A stretch of DNA of 62,848 bases, counting the filler, from Stramenopiles sp. TOSAG23-3 (Eukaryota): assembly GCA_900128585.1 (NCBI GenBank). It is 35 parts of 35 records of this genome, joined end to end, with 100 filler letters (N's around TTAATTAATTAA, not from the genome) between each part and the next. Parts side by side here need not be neighbours in the genome. Positions count along the whole stretch, not along the records: positions 55,387 to 56,547 come from LT646359.1; positions 56,648 to 57,808 come from LT646360.1; positions 57,909 to 59,069 come from LT646361.1; positions 59,170 to 60,329 come from LT646362.1; positions 60,430 to 61,589 come from LT646363.1; positions 61,690 to 62,848 come from LT646364.1; 29 more parts are not named here. One strand, given 5' to 3'. A model generated the notes under the pieces. It made no database searches. It saw nothing but the letters and a program-made list of their open reading frames with translations, and had not been told where the DNA came from. Made by a program: the position numbers and the translations under genes. Shown piece after piece: positions 55,387 to 62,848 of the stretch (position 1 is the stretch's first letter; every line of letters begins with the position of its first letter).

Positions 55387-56547
55387 CTTTCACGCATGGC
55401 GATGGCTGGAACGAATTCTTAGGGCATGAATGGCCTGTAGGGCATGAAATTAAGACGGTCGCATTTGGGCTATAGGATCCTGCCGGGACTTCAATGCATT
55501 TTGTGGCACCAGCTTCTGAGTATTCACCTTCATTGCATGCGATAGGATGTGATGACCTTTCTGGGCAATAATGGCCTGTAGGGCAGGGCAAGGTGCCGTT
55601 GCATGCCGTATTATTGCTACAACCGAAGGAATAAGCGCCGGCTGGAACTTCAATACATTTTGTGGCACCAGCTTCTGAGTATTCACCTTCATTGCATGCA
55701 ATAGGATGTGATGACCTTTCCGGGCAATAATGGCCTGTAGGGCAGGGCAAAGTACCGTTGCATGCCGTATTATTACTACAACCAGAGGAATAAGCGCCGG
55801 CCGGAACTTCAATGCATTTTGTGGAGCCTGTCGTATCGGAATATTTACCCTTCTCACAATCGGTACATTCAATAGCATTCGCGAAAGATTTTTTTCCTAC
55901 CGGGCATAATTTGCAGGAGGAAAAACCGGCACTGCCGTCCACGCTGGTAAATCGACCGGGCGGGCAGGGCTCACAGCCTACATTTTCTGTCAAGGAACCT
56001 TTCCCAGTGCCAAATTTTCCAGCAGTACAATTTCTGCATACATATAGTGGATTATTACGGTTTAGGGGTGGTTCGGATCGGTTGCTCCAGCGGCCGACCG
56101 GGCATAGTTTGCACGGGGCTATATTTAATGCAGTTGTAACTGGCCGTACAGAAAGTGATTCATAGGCACCAGCGGCGCACAATTCACACTGTGAACCACC
56201 ACGTGTGTCTTGGCATGAACATGCTGGGTAAGTTTCGGCTCTAATATTGCAGTCCGCAAACCCAGAACATGGAGAGGGTTGGGTACAGATTCCAGCGGTA
56301 AAATAGTTCAAGGTCCCACTGCTTTCCCCCACGACCAGATCCATATTCCCGTCCTTATTTACGTCAATGAAAGTGGGGGCGCTGTAACTATCCACACCGA
56401 TAGAGTTAAAGGGGTTACTGGCACCGGTTCGTTCGGTAAAGGACATACTACCAGTGTTTTCGTAATAGTTCAAGTTCCCATTCATTTCCCCCACGACCAG
56501 ATCCATATTCCCGTCCTTATTTACGTCAATGAAAGTGGGTTTGCTCT
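55387..56547 (-). CDS. Surface protein fragment: FG-GAP/VCBS repeats + EGF-like + CPxG Cys repeats
   Basis: APTFIDVNKDGNMDLVVGE..G.LNY repeats (162-bp period), CSGFADC..CSC...C, CPVGRW/CPPGRF/CPTGHY. Confidence 0.88.
55482..55825. repeat. 159-bp (53-aa) near-identical coding tandem repeat, ~2.2 copies
   Basis: ACTTCAAT anchors at 55488, 55647 and 55806. Confidence 0.9.
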
Positions 56548-56647
56548 NNNNNNNNNNNNNNNNNNNNNNNNNNNNNNNNNNNNNNNNNNNNTTAATTAAT
56601 TAANNNNNNNNNNNNNNNNNNNNNNNNNNNNNNNNNNNNNNNNNNNN

Positions 56648-57808
56648 TCTGCCACCTTGTCCGCGCCCACAATAATAGACTGGACATTCATAAGCCACCC
56701 CGATTGCCCTATATTGCTGTAGAAGTTAGTAGTAGCTTTCTCCATGGAGCGTTTACATGCACCGAAGAGGGATTGCCAAGATGCTCTCTGAACATGGATG
56801 TTTCCGATGTCCAAGTATTGGAGGTTGACCACGGTTTTGCCTCCCAGGTCTTTCGTGTTCTCTGTCCCTTTCCCTATCAGCGCGTTGCTCTTGGCATTTT
56901 TCCACGGGCGGCAATCAAATATTTGCAGCACCTTGCTGTTCTGACCCACCGAAGCTTTTATCGCTGTCAACATGGCTCGGTCTGCAGACGAGTGCGTTCC
57001 CGTCATGCCGGTTAAGGGTTGTGCGCAACGACACAGCGGGGCATTGTTTACAGGGTTGAGCCACGTCAACGCGGGCAAACGGGATTTGCTGCGAAACTTG
57101 GCACAATCTCGCAAAGTTGCAAGGGAAAGGCCTTTGGGGAACACCAAATGTCGAGTATACGAGGGACATAATTTGAAGTCTTCGTTGTGCAGCGTTAGTT
57201 TCCATTTATCACTACCATCTATGCCTTGACGATCAAAGTCGTTCTTTAAAGTGTGGTACATGTAATCTTCGGACAGTTTCGGAACGACAGCAAAAACGAC
57301 GGTGACGTTCTTCTCGATGTATTTCTCCCTGCAAGGGTCAAACCGGTGCTTGGTCAAGTCACTATTTTGGGGCCTTCCTTGCACCCCCTCCTGGACTTCC
57401 GTTGACCACCCCCTTTCGTGAATTTGCCATTCAACCTCTTCAACAAAGCGTTGCGCAGACGCGCAGATCGCCGTCACCCATACCAACGGGTCCAACGCAA
57501 GGGATTCGCGCCGTCGAAACTCGCGCGAAATGTGATGGCCTCCATTTTTGTGCTCTTCAAGGTTCCTTTTCTGAATGTCGAATTGGAACAGCTGGACGTC
57601 TTTGCAATAGATGATGATTGACTTTATAGTTTTGTTCTTTCGTTTGTCGCTGCTTCGACGGTACCGGCCCATGGACCCATCCGCATCGTTCACTGCACTG
57701 CTGACTTCCAAATCTGTGGTCACTTTATAAATCGACCCTAACCAAACCACAATAGGGTTCCCCCTCGGCCTGCCGCCTATACTACTATCGTTGCTGGCAT
57801 CATCGTCC
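56648..57808 (-). CDS. Myotubularin-family phosphoinositide phosphatase, internal fragment
   Basis: NEDFKLCPSY, AKFRSKSRLPALTW, RCAQPLTG, IFDCRP..NA..N...GKGTEN, IGNIHVQRAS, SGWL. Confidence 0.92.
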
Positions 57809-57908
57809 NNNNNNNNNNNNNNNNNNNNNNNNNNNNNNNNNNNNNNNNNNNNTTAATTAATTAANNNNNNNNNNNNNNNNNNNNNNNNNNNNNNNNNNNN
57901 NNNNNNNN

Positions 57909-59069
57909 CCGGGCATAAACGACTCGTTCGCGTCGAAGTCTGCCGGGAAGAGAAAGCGCAGGGCGAGCGGCCGAATGTCGCCAAAGTCCCCGAAACCACA
58001 GGTCGATTCCTCCACCGCGGTCGAGCTCAACTTAGAAGAGCAGGGGATCTCGCACGTTACGGAGATCCGCAACATGAAAATAGCCACGACCCGCCTGGAC
58101 ATGCAAATCAAGAAAACCAAGAAGACCATCGAGAAGTGCCGCAACCAGCGAACCAAGTACGGGGGGCAGAAGGCGTACAAGCAGGCCCTGAAAAAGGAAC
58201 GGGCGGAGCTGAACAACATGGAAGCGTCCGTCCTCATGTGGACGACGCGAAAGAACGAGTGCGAGCAGGTCAACATGGACAAGCGGAGCAAAATAAACGA
58301 ACTGAGGCGGATGAAGATGATCTTGGACAAGTCCTTCTATGCGACCAAAGTCAAGCTAGAGGAGTACGACGATTCGATCAAGAAGGTGATGAAGCAGGCC
58401 GACCAGGCCAACCGTACCCGGCACCAGGCAAAGCAGCGGTTGCAAATCGTATGGGAGGACCATGCGCACCAACTGGAGCAAATAGAGAAAGGGATCCAGC
58501 ACGTGGACGAAATCGGGAACAGCTCGAGGGAACAGTCCCTTGCGATCATGAAGGCCATCGAGAACCAAAAGTTTGAAGACATCGACGAAGAATCGAAGAA
58601 GATTGCAGAGATGCAGGAGAAGGAAGCGTTGAAGGAGGATGCCCTTGCGATGAGCCAGCAGAAGAAGCGGCACGTGAAAAAGTTCACCCCGGAAGAGTAC
58701 GAGGAGGCCTTCTCCGTCCTGCGAGAGCATTCTGGCCTCGACGATTTGAACATGTGCATCTCCCACTTCCTGCACGAGAACGAGCAACAGTACATACTGT
58801 ACCGCCAAATACAGACGGTAAACGAAGAGGCGGAAGAGGTTGGGGACCAGAAAGATGCCATCCTGAAGAAGTTCGTCGAAGAGCAGGAGGAGGAGGAGGG
58901 CAGGAACGCGGCGTTCCACACCAAGCTGAAAGCGTTCCAAGACAAGCTGCATCGCATAAGGTCGAACAACAAAATCTACACCGACAAGCTCTCCGCAATG
59001 AACGGCCAGTTTCAGCAAATCTCCGAGGCGCTGTCCAACGTTTTCACCGGCATCGGGTGTGACGTCATT
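57909..59069 (+). CDS. Outer dynein arm docking complex subunit (ODA-DC2/CCDC114/CCDC63-like) coiled-coil fragment
   Basis: INELRRMK..LD, YEEAFSVLREHSGLDDL....HF...EQQYILY..IQ.VN.E.E, and terminal VFTGIGCD. Confidence 0.7.
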
Positions 59070-59169
59070 NNNNNNNNNNNNNNNNNNNNNNNNNNNNNNN
59101 NNNNNNNNNNNNNTTAATTAATTAANNNNNNNNNNNNNNNNNNNNNNNNNNNNNNNNNNNNNNNNNNNN

Positions 59170-60134
59170 GGTGTGCTTAAACTAAGGTACAAGCGCATCA
59201 AAGAGTTGTACACCCACCGTTTCCTCGCCGTACATTCTTGGGCCCCACGGCGGGCGTACGCAACGACCTGTTGCAATTCAAATCGATCGCATTCTTCCCT
59301 TTTCGCTTTCAACAATATGCCACGAACAATGGCGTGAAAAAACTTCTTTTGGTAAGCCGAGAGCGATTGAAAATAACCGACCAAACCTTGGTACATGTTC
59401 CCCGAGGCAATCCCATGAACATCTGCGTGCAATCGTACCGCAGCTCTGTCGGAGTTTTGGGAAAACCCAAATCGAATAGCACTAATCGCTGTCTCTTCAA
59501 AATTCCTCGATAAAGGGTTCGCAGCGATTTCGGCCTTTATTAATGTGCTTGCTTCCTCCATCGAACTGGCACCCATTATATCTTGCCGCACTGCCATTGT
59601 GTTGTAGGCAGCTTCGTACTCTGGCAAGAGGCTAAAATCTCGGGGGCCAGTCTGGCCAGCGTCCGCCCACGCCTCCACAATGTCTGTCGACTCCATCCGT
59701 TGAAGAAGAGGCAAATGAGCGATGGTTCCAACCGTGATACCTTGAAAATGGGAAGACGCGTATATTGACGCGTTGTTTACGTCCCCGCCTTCCCGTTCAA
59801 GCGCGTACTTTGCAACTGCAGGGGCGAAGCCCATCCCAAGCATTGTTTCCAAGGCAGCACCATCGTTGGTTTCTTCCTTAAAATGGCCCATGCAACGGAA
59901 CTCTTTGACCCCATTGTTGTGGGTGCCTACATACGTCGAGTGGGAACAAAAGGCTGACGCATTGTGCGTATCCCACTGCGCTGTTACCAAACGTGCGTGC
60001 CGGGGGTATTCCCAAAACTTATGCCCACGACCAGGGTCGCCATGATAACAATTTGTTAAATGTCCAATACCAGAAGAAGACGGCGGGTGGTTTTGTTGTT
60101 GGGGGGCACTCTTCGTACCGTTTGCTTGGCTCAT
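59170..60134 (-). CDS. UBA-domain protein, 3'-truncated
   Basis: ALETMLGMGFAPAVAKYALEREGGDVNNA. First ATG at 60134. Confidence 0.72.
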
Positions 60135-60429
60135 CTGCACGTTTCCTCCTTCGTTTCTTTCACACCACGCATGATGCTAGCAGCGAGGCCAATCGGTAAC
60201 TTGCAATAAGTTCTTTATAGAATTAACAGAAGAGTCCAGCAAACCAACTCAAAATACCGCTTCGACAACGCGCTTTCATTTTAGTTATTTTCATTCATTT
60301 CAACAAAAAGAGAATTTAAGACAACAAACNNNNNNNNNNNNNNNNNNNNNNNNNNNNNNNNNNNNNNNNNNNNTTAATTAATTAANNNNNNNNNNNNNNN
60401 NNNNNNNNNNNNNNNNNNNNNNNNNNNNN

Positions 60430-61544
60430 ACAAGGTCCAAAGACTCCCCCCAATATATCCCACTAGAATAGGTTTGTTTATCCTCCATTTCTTCAAGCAT
60501 CCCAGGCGCTTCTGCTGAAACAAAATGGCTCGCCTTTGATTGCCGCAAAAATCCGATGCTATCATGATCGTCCAGCACGCTAGCTGCAGCTTTCCCCGAC
60601 GAATCAAAAACAATTCGAGGTCTATGTCTAATTCGATGCTTTTGAGTTTTTCGGACTATTGCTTCGTTTTTATGATCTCTTTCTTTTAACACCGAAGACT
60701 TACCATGCAACGAATTCACTTGTGATCCATTCTTTTTCTTTCGGCCTTTTACACCGCTTTTTCTATGGCTGTTATTTACAATTAATAGAAAAGGCTTACT
60801 CTCTTGCAACATGCTCTCTTGCTCTACCATCTCGATATCGTTTAAGTATGGTGCAAGACGACTGGTATTGTCAACCAATTCTTCTCTGAATTTGACTCCG
60901 CGATACTTCTCGCTTCTTTGAGCCCGATGTTCTGGTTCTTTCGGATCGGATTCACGTGGGCTTAGGGTCGAGGTAGCCATCAAAGTAGACGCGTCCTGAT
61001 TCTCCTGGTTGGCATTGTCAGTTTGGTCATCAAAAAAACTACCTAAAATATTTTCTACTGAGGAGGTAAGCAGGTCAGGCACGCTTGTAAATTCCTCTTC
61101 GTCACTAAATTTTACCGCCCCATCGTCGCGTTCTGGTACAGGGAGTACCGGCGGTACGACTGGCCCACTTTTCGCGGCGCTGGGAAACCCGGAAGACAAA
61201 AGCATGATTCGATTTGCGGCAGCTGCACGCTCTTGGTCAAAAATTTGGGCAAGTTCTTCCTTTTCTGCCATCGACCTTGCCTGGGTAGTATCGCTCCACC
61301 AAAACGCTTCCCGCTCCCTTTCTCGCTCTTGCTCTTCTTCTAAAATGACAAGCAAACGTTGACGCATGGCGGCTTTTCGAACCGAGTCGGCAGAAAACGC
61401 ATGGCTCGATTTTTCCCTGCTTTGAAAAACCATGGCATCTGCCTGATCCAGTATATTTACACCGTTGCTCAGAACCTGGTTCTCTTGAAAACGGTATACT
61501 TCAGAAACAATAGACAAAGATTTTTTACTACATCCTTTCATCAT
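60430..61544 (-). CDS. Hypothetical protein fragment with a short coiled-coil
   Basis: About 370 open codons; RQRLLVILEEEQERERERE...FDQERAAAANRI. Confidence 0.65.
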
Positions 61545-62042
61545 TGCGCGTAATTTCGATTGAGACTTTATGACACAAGTTGGGTCTGTNNNNNNNNNNN
61601 NNNNNNNNNNNNNNNNNNNNNNNNNNNNNNNNNTTAATTAATTAANNNNNNNNNNNNNNNNNNNNNNNNNNNNNNNNNNNNNNNNNNNNGAGTAACGATC
61701 TTTATAGAATTTAAATAGAGGGAGTAACTAGTCTAGATACTATATAAAGTATGCTAGAAGTATTAATAGTTATTTTATATCTTGACACAGCACTTCTCTT
61801 ATTGGACTTATAGCCCAGCCCGTGCGCCCGTGCTCGATAGTACATAGACGACTAGCCTCTGCTTAACTCCGCCTCTAATAAAGAAAATAAAAAGTTAGAT
61901 TTCCGATGCTGTACCATGCTAAACGTTTTAAAATTTCAACCGCGTGAAATTCCAATACAATATACAATTAGACTATTAGTAAGGGGAATACAAGTACAAA
62001 CTTTCCAAAATACAAAAACTCAACAATATATTATTCCATTAA

Positions 62043-62111
62043 AAAACAAGAAAATTGGCTGTTATTTAAGTAAGTAAAATTAATGTACTGCGAACTGCGA
62101 ACTGAAATCTA
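62043..62111 (+). repeat. Motif A copy 5 with extension shared with 28659-28724
   Basis: AAAACAAGAAAATTGGCTGTTATTTAAGTAAGTAAAATTAATGTACTGCGAACTGCGAACTGAAATCTA. Confidence 0.9.
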
Positions 62112-62503
62112 TCTTTGCTCTTTTGGTCTGACTAATCGATATTCCCTTGTCACTCTACTTACATTATAATAGTCAGTCCTCCAACCACAAATAACACCTC
62201 CTCAAAATATATAAAAATAAATGGAGAGAAGGCTAAATAGATTATCACCAAGTTGAATGAATGATGACGACACGCCATGCGACCAACGCGAGAGGGAAAA
62301 AACGTATGAATTTGAAATTTTTTTAAGTGTTCGCAGAATTTGTTAGGCCTTCCAGATTATTTTATAAAGTCTCAGAACTTTTACCCAGCCTCTCAAGTGT
62401 GGTATTAGACTTAAATGTCATTACAAAATGTCGCACTTACTTGTTTGATTAGGCGTTAGTCGTGCATGCGGCTGTGCCGGAACGGGAGTTTAGGTTCTTT
62501 AAT

Positions 62504-62809
62504 AAAAACAAGAAAATTGGCTGTTATTTAGGTAATTAAAATTAAATACAAAAATTTGGCTTTGTTATTTAAAAAAAAGTCAGTGATTGACAATCAACGA
62601 AACGAAATTAAAAAATGAAAATTAAAAAATCAAATTAAATCATCAAGATAGGACTACGGTTGGAACTGAAATCGTAATTGATAATATAAAAAATGAGAGT
62701 CTTTTAAAGCATACACTATTATATATATATATTTTTTTTTTAAAGTAATTAAAATTTATCTTCCTCAATAATATATTACTTATAAATAACAGCCAATTTT
62801 TTGATTTTT
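62504..62809. repeat. Motif A copies 6 (+, 62505-62528) and 7 (-, 62785-62809) forming an inverted pair ~305 bp across (MITE-like)
   Basis: AAAAACAAGAAAATTGGCTGTTATTTA ... TAAATAACAGCCAATTTTTTGATTTTT; a decayed tandem copy lies at 62548-62571. Confidence 0.7.
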
Positions 62810-62848
62810 AAATATCTGGTTGATCAGAGAAATGCCACACCAGTTTTT

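Noticed and set aside
48225-60134. Apparent cluster of ubiquitin-system genes (RING, RBR, UBA)
   Set aside because: Each is on a separate contig, so adjacency is arbitrary.
7414-61689. Regularly spaced TTAATTAATTAA as a CRISPR-like or biological repeat
   Set aside because: It is always embedded in N44 on both sides, and the spacing reflects size-sorted contigs. It is an artificial linker, and the ORF tails 'XXX..LIN' are artefacts.
61690-62500. tRNA or other ncRNA in the GC-richer patches of the last contig
   Set aside because: No cloverleaf, T-loop or rRNA signature is recognisable by eye; an Infernal/tRNAscan run would settle it.
62795-62804. Sm-binding site (AATTTTTTGA) suggesting an snRNA or SL RNA
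   Set aside because: Only this variant copy fits; the exact motif A copies read AATTTTCTTG and I see no flanking stem-loops.

Overview
This is not one locus. It is about 35 unrelated eukaryotic contigs (three of ~7.4 kb, then ~32 of 1170 to 1159 bp in descending size) joined by 34 identical artificial 100-bp linkers (N44-TTAATTAATTAA-N44), so gene neighbourhoods mean something only within a contig. The genes are nearly intron-free and use the standard code. They point to a flagellated, mitochondriate, probably heterotrophic protist; a stramenopile SAG/MAG is my inference. Recognisable products include a CEP104-type N-terminal domain (missed by the ORF track), a PDZ/IQ coiled-coil protein, an Asp/Asn beta-hydroxylase, FMC1, a USP9/24/34-type deubiquitinase, a TM-LRR-LNR protein, ARID, NDUFA5, GH28, a copia RNase H, a DUF5054-like hydrolase, a Cys-less LOV-like PAS protein, SPO11-3/TOP6A, an M35 protease with a GT-AG intron, RING-H2, NSL1-like, kinase-RBR-UBA, an NhaC-family transporter, myotubularin and ODA-DC2. 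Three signals stand out. (1) A 24-bp non-coding motif, AAAACAAGAAAATTGGCTGTTATT, occurs 7 times on 5 independent contigs, just 3' of stop codons wherever a gene is present, and once as an inverted pair; a related sister motif occurs twice. (2) An AT-rich contig encodes a Polinton-like-virus/virophage-type tyrosine recombinase N-terminus. (3) A large secreted protein appears to carry a peptidoglycan-binding domain. All family assignments come from motif recognition by eye, not database searches.
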